Assembly (NCBI GenBank): GCA_020536535.1
Contig: JAHLWZ010000987.1
Coordinates: 1 to 32,961 of the forward strand
Reading direction: 5' to 3'
DNA: 32,961 bases
Origin: Pelomyxa schiedti
Lineage: Eukaryota > Protista > Evosea
The position numbers and the translations under genes were made by a program. The notes below the pieces were generated by a model, which saw only the letters and a program-made list of their open reading frames with translations, had not been told where the DNA came from and did not search any database. Positions 19,485-32,621 of the stretch are shown here, piece by piece (the first letter of the stretch is position 1; every line of letters begins with the position of its first letter).

Positions 19485-22400
19485 ATGTTGCGGATCAGCG
19501 GACAGAGCACACCTACGACACAGAGAAAGATCGTATTCAAAGGGTTCAAAGGTAGGAAGTTGGGTGCCGCTTCTGTGGCCGTTTTTTTTTTTTTTTTTTT
19601 TCCCCTTACCAGGCGCCTTTTAATGCCGTTAAAGTGCCCCCGTCACTTCCCACGGACTTCCAGGAGAAAAATACTGAACTCCTAGTTGGTGCTATTCGAG
19701 CAATCCACGAGCATACGACAGTGACAGGCAGTCTCGAGGACTTGTACAAGGCTGTTGAGGATTTGTGCCGCAACAAATGTGCGCCTGCGTTGTATGATCG
19801 CGTGAGCGAAATGTGCAGCTCTCGTATGAAGACACTCTTACCACCCTTACTCAAGTTTGTTGTCTTTCTCTGTGGTTTTTTTTTCCCCCTTGTATGGCAT
19901 TACCTTATGCTTTCAAAGGCAAATGCAATTACACCAACAACAACAACCAGACATGGCACTACGGCATCTTGACACAATGTGGCACGAACATTGCAATCAA
20001 ATGGTGCCTTTTGGAGACTCTCGTTTCCTTCTTTTTTTCCTCATATTCCAAAGACCCTTATTCGAAATATATTTATGTATCTTGATAGATCGTATGTCCT
20101 TCACCTCACTGGTATACACTCTCTGTGGTATGAACTCAGTATTTCACAAAAATGCTAAGCACCCAATGAAATACTTGTAATACAGGAATTTGGCTCTACA
20201 ACAATTCAGAGACATCATAATGTCCAATGATGCTGCACTTCCAATTTTTATGGACTGCATTCTGAAACTGATTTCTAATGAACGTGAGGGTGAAATTGTA
20301 GACAGGATGCTCCTTAACAGTGCACTTCACATGGCAAATGACCTTGGCTTATACAAAACAATTTTTGAACCCCAATTCCTTCAGGTCCTGACCAATTCAC
20401 AAAATTTTCATACCAATTGCACTCCAGAAAACAATAGCCCACTATGGCGAAGTTAGCAAAAAGCATACTCAAAGTATGGATGTTCCAGAGTATCTCCGCT
20501 ACTGTGAAGCCAGAATTAAGGAAGAGGGGGAGCGGGTCTTACATTATTTATTCCCTGGAACAAAAAGTCTTCTGCTGTCGGCAGTTCAAGAACAATTGCT
20601 TAAAGCACACACAAGTTTTCTTCTTGAGAAAGGTTTCTTTGAACTACTTTTGTCGTATCAACCTGTGTGAAAGGCTTTGATAGTCTTGTACAAAACGAGA
20701 GACACACTGATCTTGAGCGAATGTATGACCTTTTTTCCCAAGTAGAAGAAACTGGCTCCATTAAACAGTTCTTTGTAAATTACATCAAGGTGCTTCAGTC
20801 ACCATCTTTCCTTCCCTCTCAATAATTTAAGGATAATTCAGAATACTGGAAAGCAGCTTGTTATGGATCCGTCTCGAGATAGTTCGATGGTACAAGATCT
20901 TCTGGCGTTCAAGTCAAAATTGCTTCAAGTTCTGGAGAAGTCTTTCCACAACGAGTCTGTTTTTGCCCAGAGCTTTAAGGTAGGTTGCTTCTTTGCTTAT
21001 ATATAACAAAGTTAATCTTTACAAGGACTCTTTTGAAAGCTTCATCAATGAAAGACCTAGTAAACCTGCGGAAATGATTGGTATGGCTGAGAGTGAGTTT
21101 TCTTTCCAGTAAATTTGTACTCCAAGCAAAATATGTTGACCAGTACCTGAGATCAGGGAATAAAGGCATCAGTGACAGTGATTTAGAGGCGATACTTGAT
21201 AATGCGATGTCACTCTTTCGATACATTAGTGGCAAAGATGTCTTTGAGGCTTTTTACAAAGTTTTTCTGTCTCGCAGGCTCCTACTTGGGAAAAGTGCCT
21301 CTCTAGACATGGAAAAAGCCATGGTCACAAGACTTAAGGCCGGTATGTTTTTACTTACCGTGCTTTATTCAACACCCAAAATTAGAGTGTGGCAGTGGTT
21401 TCACGAGCAAACTTGAAGGGATGTTTAAGGATATTGACCTGTCAAAGGATCTTCTCTCTCTATTCAAGTCAACGGTCGGCCACCATTTTCCAAAGACAAC
21501 CCACTGACACGTTTTACAATAAAACAGGCAGCAACACAAATGCCACAAAATCTGCAGGATATTGATCTTAACGTTTTCATTCTGACACAGTCATGTTGGC
21601 CCTCTACACCCACCATACAGGTTAAACTGCCAACGGAGGTAAGCTGCCTTTTCTGTCTGTATTCAACTAACTTCACCAGCTCAATTTACTGCAACAACAC
21701 TTCACTGATTTCTATTTGAAAAAATATGGAGGTCGCAAACTTCAATTCAATACTGCCATGGGATCATGCCTACTAAAGGCCTATTTTCCTACTGTGAGAG
21801 GAGTTTATTTCTCTTTTCCCTTATAATATAAGACAGATGAGGAAGGAATTTCATATGTCCCATTTTCAAGCAAGCGTTCTTTTGATGTTTAATCAATCAC
21901 CATCGTTGACTTTTGCTGAGATAAGAGAAGCAATTGGTCTAGGTTGCAGTGGCTTTCAATAAGTTTTCCTTTAATTCTGTGGCAGGGGAGTCAGAGCTGA
22001 AAAATGTGCTCTTGTCTTTGACTGGGAATAAAGTACCAATTTTGTCTAAAAGTCCAGTGGTAGTGCATTTCCTTGACCCACACTATTTTAATGAGACTCT
22101 AGGGTGGAAGCATAGAAGAAAGCGATGCGTTCAATTGGAATCACAAATTCTCTTCTAAGCAACACCGAATCAAAATCAATTCACTCCAAATACAAGAGAC
22201 GGTATGTGTGCAAAATAAGTAGGTTCCCTTACATACTACACCAGCCTGAGGAGAATGCCAAAACGAAGGAGAGTGTTTTTCAGGATCGAATGTATGCAGT
22301 AGATGCAACAATAGTGAGAATAATGAAAACCCGGAAACAACTGCACCACAATCAACTGGTTGCTGAATTGTACAAGCAATTGAAGTTCCCAGCGACGGTA

Positions 22401-22576
22401 ACCACTCCCTTACCCCTACTTCCTGTGCTTATTTATTCAGCCGGCGGACTTGAAGAAAAGAATTGACTCCCTCATTGAGCGAGAATATGTGTGTTGCTTC
22501 CTCACAAAAATTCCCTTGCTGATTTGTGTAGATGGAGAAGAATGAAGAGACCCAAGTTTATGAGTACATGGCATAG
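19485..22576 (+). CDS. CUL4: Cullin-4 (about 19 exons)
   Basis: [62 protein letters not shown], and Nedd8 domain [18 protein letters not shown]...YEYMA*. Confidence 0.95.
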
Positions 22577-22701
22577 ATAGCCCCAGTTTGTTTTCCTGGT
22601 GTAGAATTGTCAATAGCCTAGCCTACTGCATCCCACAACAAAGCTTTGTTTTAACTCTAATGAGAAAAATTGGTGCCCTTAAGGGGTTTTTCTTTCCCTC
22701 A

Positions 22702-25700
22702 TTAAGACGTGGATTTGAAAATTCTCACTGTGCGCAAGACTGGTTGTCTGCACATAGGGCACTGCTTTCCAACGAGGGCCTTTGCACAGTCCTCACAAAA
22801 ACTTAGGTGACCACAATCTTTGGGAATTAGTTAGGATACTGCATCAAGTGGTAGGGGTGTGGGTTGAACCTAGTACAGCGGTGTCGGCTTGTTTGTCAAG
22901 GCATACAACACAACTACCTCCGTCCCTTGAGCCGTCGTCGGCTGTTGCCGCGGGAGTCTCTGCTGGTGTGGGACTGGCCGTTGGCTTCGTGGGGCTAATT
23001 GGTGGGGGTGAGAATACCGGAGGGAGAAAAGTTAACCGCACCTTGCTGCGCCTCTGCCTCTGCCCTTTCCACCTTTTCCTCTACCTGTAGGTACAGGTAC
23101 AGGTGTGACTTCTTTGTGTGGTGGAAGTGGTATTGGTTTTTTCATGAATTCACAGGCAACCTGCGCCGAATCACTGGTGTGAAGATGAGTGACACGGATC
23201 TTACCTTCAACCCGCCTTTTTCTAAGACGGTTGTGAGTCTCTGGACTTGCACGTAGAAGTGAGAAGACTCAGAGGCAAGCAACCCTAACAGTGAATCGAG
23301 TTTTGTCAAATCTGGTCTTGCACCGTCCAGTTTGAATTGGATGGGAACGATTCCTGCGAGTCGTTAGATATCACCTCGTATTTAAAAGGTAGGGAACAAC
23401 AAATCAGGAGGGAAGTGGGTACCCATGTTTTCGAGGGCAGAAACCATCCTACCCTTGATAGGAAAAGTGAGATAAATCAGTTAGACCAAGTTTGAGAATA
23501 TACCTTTACAGCAGGATTTTCCAAGAAACTCACAAAAACGAGTGTACAGTCAGGAGCGATTTCTCTCTTGTATTTCATGAAGAGTGTGGGGAAGAAGGAA
23601 TCCTTTGTTTTCACTGTTATGTTTGGGATAAAGGGATGTGCTACACACTCGGAATTTGACATTTTCGATCTCGTCTGTAACCATAATTAAAAATTTGATT
23701 GGCCGTCTGTTGGTGAGGTAATTCCAGATGACACAGCCAGGAGCAGTCAAACCGTCTGCACGTACAGAACTGGTAACATCCAGAACCTGCGAAATCGTTC
23801 TTGGGATAACTGTGCAAGTGTAAATAACAGTCCGCGGTCTCTTGTACAGTAATACCAGGTGGATCAAGGACTTTATCATTGAAGAATTTGAGCTCTGCAT
23901 TAGTCAGGCATGACAGCACACTCCCAATAATAGTAGAGCATCTTATAGCTACATCCATGGAGTAAGAGGCATCTCCGGCACTTGGGGGAGGCGTTTAAGT
24001 GCTGTACAGAGAGGGAAACACACATACCACACAACAGGTGGTTCCAAAACTAATTGAATTTCCTGCAGAGAAACAAAAGAAATGAGAAGAAGGTTGCAAT
24101 AATAAAATTGTCACCTTCAGTCGACGCTCAGCAATAGGTAGTAGGTACTCAGTGAAAGGAGCTGAAACAGTGCGGAAATAAAGTAATCGTTCCATCAACT
24201 TGCCATAGCCAAGTTGTGGCTCTTCTCCCGAACGTAGACGATCCAAGAGAACGCGGTCGACTTCTGGATTTGCCAGTTCCTCATAATACCAGATGAGTTG
24301 ATCTAATGTTGTGTACCTAAGGCCCGTTAGCCTAAGAAAGTGTTAATGAAACGTACTCCGCGATTCTGGGCTTAACGTCATCTGGAATAGGCTTTACATG
24401 GAGACGAAGGAAAGAATAAGGCACTTCGAAGCGAGAACAAACATCTGCAATGTTGTGGACATTCACGTTCTCACAAACCTTGAAGATGGATGCCTAGAAC
24501 AGATGTGAACTTTCGTGACAGAAAAACCTTGCACGAACCTCTGGTGGTGCTTCACCAAATGCAATATTCAAGAAGTTGCCGTGTTGCTTGCCAACCGAAC
24601 GGACAAGTGCAGTTGGTGGGATTACCGCCGTTGGAGAGGCTGTTGGGGAAGTTGTGATAGGGGGTGGCAGAAGGCTCACCTGCCGTATTGAGTAATGGTT
24701 TACTTTAGTGGAAAAGGTTTACCTCTGGTTTCTGTAATGGTTGGAAATCGCGAAGTGGGTGGAGATGGATCATATCTGCAAGTTCTTGCCAAGGCTCCCT
24801 TTTCAGTTGGTGCAGATTCAGAAAACAAAAAGGACATTTACAACCACACCTTGGCATCACTAAGGCATAGAACATAAGTTTATTTGCCGGAATAGAGCAG
24901 ACCCATTTTCGAACGTGTTTAGCCAGAGAGCCACTCAAACTACCAATAGGAGCCTCTAATTCTAGGTCATGCAAACGACTCCTCAGAAGCCCAATTTTAG
25001 CTGGTTTGGCAGTGCCCAACTTTTCTAGAGCCGCTAATTTGGGTCTCAATTGACGAACCTTGCGGGGTGCATCAAGGAGGTTAAGGGCTGCAAGCACCTA
25101 GCGAGAATAAGAACCATCTGTGGATGATGTACTAACTTGGGGCAGTTGGAAATAATCTTCTTTGGTAAGAAGATATTCAGCAAGATGGTAGTCACGTCTG
25201 GCCCATGCTGAGGCTAAAATTTTGGGACGGCAAGCACGGGTAATTTCTACACACTATTGCTTGAAATAAATAAAGGCCGATACGAGACACAAGTTACCTG
25301 GTGCATCAAGAGAAGAAGAGTGGAGGTGTAGATGTAGTATTCCGTTTTTTGACTATTGAAGTGCTCCTTCATTTTTTTTATGCAGGTAAGGTTTTTCAAG
25401 AAGGATGAATTGTGTGTTACCAATAGAGTGCTGTCTTTAAGGAAAAGTGGCTTTAAATCACTAATAGGGGGCAACTTTACAGGGGGTGCCTTATACCCAA
25501 GTTGTTTCTATCCATGTGTAAAAAAAATGGTTTGCTCAGATTTAAAAGAGGAATACAGTTTGCCCAGGGTAATCTGAAGGCAGGCTGTTCTCTTGTGCAG
25601 GGTTGAAGACATAAACGCCAGTGCCAGTAGCAGTCAAAAAAGCAATAGCGCGGCTCACGTCATTATCATTTACTACGACGTTTTAACAACCACAGAAGGA

Positions 25701-25838
25701 CCAACTCCAGAGTACAAGATCTTAAGATTAAAAACTGAAAATAGTACCAGCCAACACAGCCTCCAAAGCATCGCGGTCCAGTTGATTGCCAAAGTGACGA
25801 CGTAACTGCGCTATGTTAGCCTCCAAAGCGTCCGACAT
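22702..25838 (-). CDS. CUE + TROVE/Ro60-like helical region + vWA + C-terminal RING protein (multi-exon)
   Basis: N-terminal CUE-like LRRHFGNQLDRDALEAVLAVNDNDVSRAIAFL. MIDAS DASYS and MVTDE. RING CVVC...DCGHLSFCEDC...CPMCR. The TROVE call is tentative. Confidence 0.8.
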
Positions 25839-26048
25839 GGCCGATGATCTACTTTATGTTTTTTTTTGTTTGTTGTGTTTGGTGTTTTTCGTTTTGAAAA
25901 AACTCTTTCCGTTCTGGGACATTATTCTCTGACTCAGCCACTCCACAGCCATTCACCCCTTTAATGCGGACGGAACAAGGCACTGCATTCTGGCCCAGAA
26001 CATTGAGGTGCTGGGCCTGGAACTTGTTGATCTCTGCAAGTTCCCGGC

Positions 26049-29000
26049 ATGAACGTTTTCGATCTTCTCAGAATAGTCACATTTTGTAGGTTTTTTCAGC
26101 GGAGAGTCATGCGGGGCGTGTTGTACGTGCCGCCGGAAATAACGCACAATCGGTCGAGATCTCACTCACTGCACCAAGAGAAACCAGGTGCCACAAGCAC
26201 CATCGCGTCAGCCGTAGCCGCATTACCACCTTCTCTCACAACACCATCTACGCACCCGTCGTCAGTCGTACCAGAAAAATCACCGCCTACATCGTCGCAG
26301 TCCTCTTCGTCGCCTTCGCCGTCACAGTCGCCGTCGGTCCCCGCAGATGCATCGAAACCGACGCCTGCAAAAACTACAATAGCGGAGGTACACAGCACTA
26401 CTTTGGGCGACCCAAACCACCGACGGAGTTGGTCTGGTTCAAAAGAGGCGCCCACGCCAACCACACCACCACAACCAATTAAACCAAACACTGCAAATAC
26501 TAACGAAACACCACCCTCGGATCCGACTCACAGACGGAGCTCTTCTGGTTCAAAGGCACAAACGAGTGTTCAACCTTCTAGTCTAACACCCCAGTCTGTG
26601 GATACAATTACCAAACCTACATTCATTCAACCCACAACTAATGCTTCAACACCAACACTCACTAAAACCCCAACAGTGACGATCACAAGCCCATCATCAA
26701 CAAAACCTCCCGCCACCTCGAATACCACTCCACTCAAACCAGTTAACTCCACATCACCTAATACCGCTGGAGCCACCAAAACTAATACAGCCTCTCCTTC
26801 ACATCCTGCATTAAATGAGTCCGTCTCCCCTCACGCAATATCCCAACCAACACGACCAGCAAGTGCAGAACACATTTCTCTATCTACCCAACCTACGTGG
26901 TCTAACGCTACAAAGCCATCTCCCTCCACAAACCCTAGTTCTGCACATCCCGAGCCACCCCCTACAGCAAAAAATTCTCCTCCAAATTCACAAAGCACTG
27001 TCTCTCAATTCATGTCTGCGCCGCAGGTGTCCAATTCTCCAGTGATGCAACACCCTGTACTGTATGGTCCCCAAGGTGGGCTTGATAATACTAATACTGT
27101 GTTCAAAAACCCCCCTCAACAAGCCCCAATGCGGTCATCAACAACCAATTCTCAAAATATATCACGTGCACGTTCACCTTCACCAGCCCCAATACCATCC
27201 TCCACACCAGCTGCTCTACCATCGAGGAATCCATCTCCCCCTACCCAACCTCGGGCACCACCTTCCCCTTCTGCAAACTCTTCCGTAGCACCTCCAATCA
27301 CTCTCAACAAGCATTCCACTCACTCTACACCCCTAACATCATCTACCACAAGTGCCCCAAAAAAAGCATCAAAAAGAAGAAGTCTTAGCATCCCAGCCAG
27401 TGCTGTTGCTCAATCTCTTGACAGAGATTTACTAACGAAGGAGGCATTTAAATATGATCCAGAGTTTGAGAGAGCTGCTCAAGTACAAATTATTGTTCAA
27501 TTTTCTTGCTTGTGACTGGAATCTCCAGACGTGGATTGAACATGTAACTAAAGAACCACTGCCAACTGGGGTTAGCCTACCAGCTGCACTGAAAGATGGG
27601 TCAGTCTTATGTAAACTGTTGAATGCAATAAGACCAAACACTGTAAGAAAAATACATGTAGGAGTAAAGCTAGCAGCCTTTCACAGGTGAGAATCCAAGT
27701 TAATAAATAAAAAAAACCCTAATATATTGGTTCTTTAGGGAGAATATACAGAACTATTTTATTGGTTGCAGAACACTTGGGATGAATGTGACGAGTCTTT
27801 TTGATGAAAACGGTTTTTTTTCCCATTTACTCTGTGCTCCGAGTGACCCATATTACAACAGATCTATATGAAAATAAAAACTTTAACATTGTCCTCATAA
27901 ATATTCAAGCACTTGCGGCACTGGTGAGTAACCTCCAATAAAAATTCAGACTTGTTTACATACAGCAGGTTACAAAACTTTTCCCCACATTACCAAAAAT
28001 GGATATACCACGGCCAAATGATTGCCTGAGTGTTGCATTCAAAGATGGCACCAGCTCCAAATCAAAATTTGAAGTCACTCCAGAGCAACAAGAGTATATT
28101 GGCTGAAGGTTTTCTTGTTATAATTATATTCAGGCAACTCACTGATTTGACTGCTTGGACCAACTCACATTTAGTTGAATGCGGATTATCTGGTATTACA
28201 GATGTCACAAGGGAACTGCAAAGTGGCGTCGAGCTCATTTTCTTACTTGTACAGAATCGCCTGCTGCAAAAGTGATTAATGACATAGCACAGGAGCGACT
28301 TACTGGGCAGAGTTTGGGTATATACTCGGCGGAGCCTGAAACGGCATGGAATAAGATGCAAAACATAGCGTTGGTGCTAAAATTTGTTATTGAGCAATCT
28401 GGCATGCATCCATCTGAGCTCTGCTCCTGCACCGATTTGTACATCGGGAAACCACAAGCAATAATAAAGTACTTCATCTTTCATGTTGTTCACACCTCTT
28501 ACCTACAATCTCAAGGCTTCTTACTACGTTACGAGATAAATTTGATATGGTTTCAGCTCAGAATTATCGGAATATTCTAATGTTGTCTATCTTAGGCTTG
28601 CACTCTCTCCAAATTACCATCAGCTCAGAGAAGGCCCTACATCATCTCGGTAAATTTCTTTCCCTATTTTTTTTCCCGTTAAGTATGCAAAAAGGAAGTC
28701 GTCTCCACTGAACAACGTTACGTTACACAGTTGCAACGGTAGTCCTAGCAAAAACTCTGCCCCAATTGACCCTTTTTACCATTACAGTATCGAGGAAGGA
28801 CTAATAACTCCTGCAAAATCCTGTGCTCCTCAAATGATGACTAAAGAAGAGTTATCAGGGATTTTTGGTAATATTGATCAAATCATGGTCCGGCATGCAG
28901 CAATTCTTCGTCAACTTCAACAAGGCTATCCTCCAGGAGATCCCCAGGCATTATTAAGAATAGACACAATTGTTGAAGTATTTACTGGTCTGTGAGTTTT

Positions 29001-30000
29001 TACCTTTTATTAGTAACATAACTTAGGGATGTTACCCTGGACAAAGCATGCCTATTCTTCCTACATTCTGAATTATGACAATAGTATCGCAATCACGAAT
29101 ACCTTGAAGAAAAACACATCCTGGCAAGCACTACTTAAAAGGTATTTAAGGTAACTTTTTGGTCTATGGTGTGAAGAAACCTTAGATTTGAGGAAGCCTA
29201 TGGAATGGATATTTCATCTTTCCTTGTTGCACCAGGTTCAATGATAAATTATTTTCTTCAATGACTAACCTGTTTATCTAAAATCGTTGTAGTTCAAAGA
29301 TTACCGCGATATCTTCTCTTACTAAGAGAACTCGTTTCGTGTACTCCTAAAACAGACCCAGAGTATCAAATTCTTCAGGACTTGTGGACAAAATCACAAG
29401 CGGTAACATTTGTTCGTTCAAAATCTCTCCAACACAATTTTATGAAGATTCTTCAAGCAGTGAATGAAAGCAAACGAGCAGTTGACAATGCAAATAAGCT
29501 TCTTCAAATCGCAAAATCCATTACTGGAGATTGCGAACCTTTTGTATCACGAAATCAGGTATTTCTTGTGTCTTTCTAGTCTGCCACTAACACAAGAACA
29601 AGCACTTCATTAAGGAAGGTTTCCTCGAGATCGCCGATGCCGATGACGACATGGAATCCAGCTACTTTTTCCTTCTTGCTGATAGGCTGGTTTTCCCCCC
29701 TCAATTTCTCATGTCATCTCACCAAATTAAAGATCCTTACTATATACAATTCAGAGGCAAAGAATTTTGACTACCGAGAGGCGTTTATGTTAAAAGACAT
29801 AGAACTGGTTGAAGAAAGGGACTCTGAAGAGGATGATTACAGTGTGGCTCTCTCTATGGCCGAGTTCGAGATGGAATTACTAGGTACCAGTCATATCAGA
29901 ATCTGTGTCTAACTTTCCCTACACAGCCACCAACAAAGCCCAACGAGACAGTTGGTTCACTGCAATTGACTCTGCTGTAGAAGAAGCCAAAAAAGGGTAG
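26049..30000 (+). CDS. RhoGEF: Pro/Ser/Thr-rich region + two CH domains + DH-PH (multi-exon; start uncertain)
   Basis: CH1 ALKDGSVLCKLLN, CH2 ELQSGVELIFLL, DH STEQRYV...IFGNIDQI...PVQRLPRYLLLLREL, PH ending RDSWFTAI. Confidence 0.88.
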
Positions 30001-30178
30001 TGGCTACACTGTCGTTCATTCTCTCATTGGATGGCTTCCTCGCCACCGCGCCGGCTTTCTTTTCCACTTGTCAGTGTAACGTCATTCACATTGCCGTTGA
30101 TTTGAGAACGGTGGTAACTCTCCCGTTCTACAACAGTAACAGTAACAACAAAAATATGTATGTTGGCTTTTCTTTTCC

Positions 30179-31778
30179 TTATGGTGGGGATTTCTTTCTG
30201 ATGTGGGGCACATGTTTTTTGGTTGTGGGGGTGTCACATTTAACCTTGAGTGACTGGAATTTTGGCAATTCTGATGCGAAAAGAACACTGTGGGCCCACC
30301 CAGCATAGCACCCAAAGGCATCCCTTGTTAGTTTGTTAGTTCGAATGTTTCTGATTGTTTTGGAAAAAGATCGAAAGAGCGTGGATAGGTTATTCCAAAC
30401 CTGAACAGTTTGTGTACAGTACTGTGGTCCCTAAGAGTAGGTTTCTGCGGTAAAGAAGGGAGGCACTGGCGAGCAATTTGCCAGACGTGGGTATCAACCT
30501 ATTAGGTTTGGTGAGTTTCAGAAGGGAAAGAGTAGCACCTACAGGAACTAGATCAAGTTTGCTCATAGAGAACAGACTTACACAATCCGCCACCTTCGGA
30601 CCAACTCCGGTCAGTTGTGTCAACTCACTATAGGCAGGTTATCAGGTCGAATTTTCTTTGTGGAAGTACAGGGGTTTACCTCCGCACAATATCAGTGGGA
30701 AGTGACTTTAACCCAAGAAGCCAAGGAAGGCCTCCTCTATCTTGCACCTGTTGTGCTGCTTGTGGAATATATCTAATTCCTCCATCAGAAGACAGGCGGG
30801 GAACTACTCAACCTTGCACGATATCCAAAGCCCATTTCTCGTAGGTGTTCCTCAGAGGCAGTCAGCAGAGAGCCAAGAGTAGGGAAAGTGAAGTAGGATT
30901 TGTTTGAATCTGTGAAACGGTTGGCACATTTTTACACTTCCATCAGCGAATTGTCTTGGGTGTTTCAAAACGATTCTCACAATCCGCAATTTTGGTTCCA
31001 TACTCGGCTCTGAGGCGAGTAAGCATGGATGTTATTCTAGAAATATTATTGTTTTGAGAGCAGATGAAAGAAAACAAGCACTCAACAGGGTCTTGACAAA
31101 GAAGCCGCAATCCTGGAGGTAATATTTTATTCTCCATCATGTCATGAAACCAATGAAGTGAATACCAGAGAAACAAGGAGCAGCGGTCCTCATCATGCTA
31201 TGAAGTAAAGTTGTCCCCCGGCACCAGGACTGAAGCATTTCTCCCTAATAGTTCACTCTGAGATTGTCTCGACAAGCACAAATCAATTACCATGGCAGTG
31301 TCCAATCTGAGGTATTCGCGTAACTTCTGAGCAATTGCAGCCACAAATTCAACACTGGGAGTAGTAGGTGCCACAACTTTGAACTTCAACTGTCGGCTAT
31401 CCATGGCGCCGTTATCTGCGGCACCGCCGGCCACTCCCAGAATGACCACTGCATTGTCCACAACCCCAGAATAGCACAAATCCCCACCCTCTTGCTCACA
31501 CTCCTCCCATTGGAAACACTGACCGCTCTCAAGCGTCAACTACAAAGGGGGAACACCAATAATTAAAAAAAAAAAAAAAAAGGACACTTAACACGCGTGG
31601 CAGTTGTTGTGGAGAAGCGCACTCGTAGATTGATGCAGTCGCTAGCAGGTAGAGTCAATTCGTGCCACGCACAGGGGTCCCCGTCCTCGTCGGAGGAGGA
31701 GGAGGAAGATTCAGTCACAGACGTTGTGGTGCTTGTGGTAGTTGTGCACTCGGGCACGGGTGGTGGTTGCGCCGCCAT
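30179..31778 (-). CDS. OGG1: 8-oxoguanine DNA glycosylase (multi-exon)
   Basis: TLESGQCFQW, QDPVECLFSFICSQNNNISRI, GFGYRA, HhH GVGPKVADC with catalytic Lys, PVDTHV, YAGWAH. Confidence 0.95.
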
Positions 31779-31841
31779 GATTCACGGTACCCGGGTCACT
31801 GACGGGAAAAAAAAGACAAAAACAAAAACGAATCAAATCAG

Positions 31842-32421
31842 ATGGACACGAACGAGGCAACAAACAGCACTACAACAACAACGGCGACCACAACACAAAT
31901 GCACGCGGGAGGCATTGTGATAACCGAGGTGCTGCCGAAATCGGGGCTGTTGTTCTCTGAGAAGGCCCAGCTGACAGAGCTGTTGTGCCAGCCAAAGGCA
32001 ACACACAACCCTCCCTGCCTATCTGTTACTGTTACTGTGACTATGGCATTGTCGTTTGCGTGTTGTTTTTCTTGTTGTCTCACAACACCACAAGAAAGAT
32101 GTTGCCAATTAAGTCATCCAGTTTGGAGAAGCTCGAAGCCCAAAAGAGGGAAATGGCAAAGCAACCACCAAGTACATGTTCTACTCATATGAACTATGGC
32201 TCAGTACAACTAACACGTTCTTTTCCTTTCCCCCATCCCTAATAGTTACAGCACCACCAGCAGAGAGACCAACTTCAACAAGCAGCAGGCCTCACTCCCA
32301 ACACACGCCACACATAGCCAAACCATCCCCACCAACATCGTCATCACAACCAACCTCCCCTTCTGGCAGCCCCCACGTTTCTCACCCAAAACGGCCCTCT
32401 ACTGCATCCCAACGTTCATGA
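31842..32421 (+). CDS. BBIP1: BBSome-interacting protein 1 (BBIP10/BBS18), 3 exons
   Basis: EVLPKSGLLFSE...LCQPK|MLPIKSSSLEKLE matches the BBIP1 core after removing a GC-AG intron at 31998-32098. Confidence 0.85.
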
Positions 32422-32621
32422 ACTGTATATCCTTCGTTGAAAAAATTGGAAAAATCTTTGTTTCCCAAGGTGTTACAAAGAAACAGTGGGGTTTCTGTTG
32501 TGCTTGTCGTTGTCTGCTATGCAAGCCGACACTTCCTCCGGATTCGAAAGTGGTGATGTGAGAGTAGCCAATCTACAGCACGAATTCTGACAACTTTGAA
32601 CTTCACGCTGCTCTTAATCAT

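Noticed and set aside
19519-19532. U6 ACAGAGA box
   Set aside because: Within the first CUL4 coding exon, and no AGC triad or ISL follows.
25838-25844. Divergent start codons only 5 bp apart (alternative RhoGEF first exon)
   Set aside because: A spliceable frame exists, but the T-rich tract is equally well explained as the A-rich 5' UTR of the minus-strand gene. Not supportable without cDNA.
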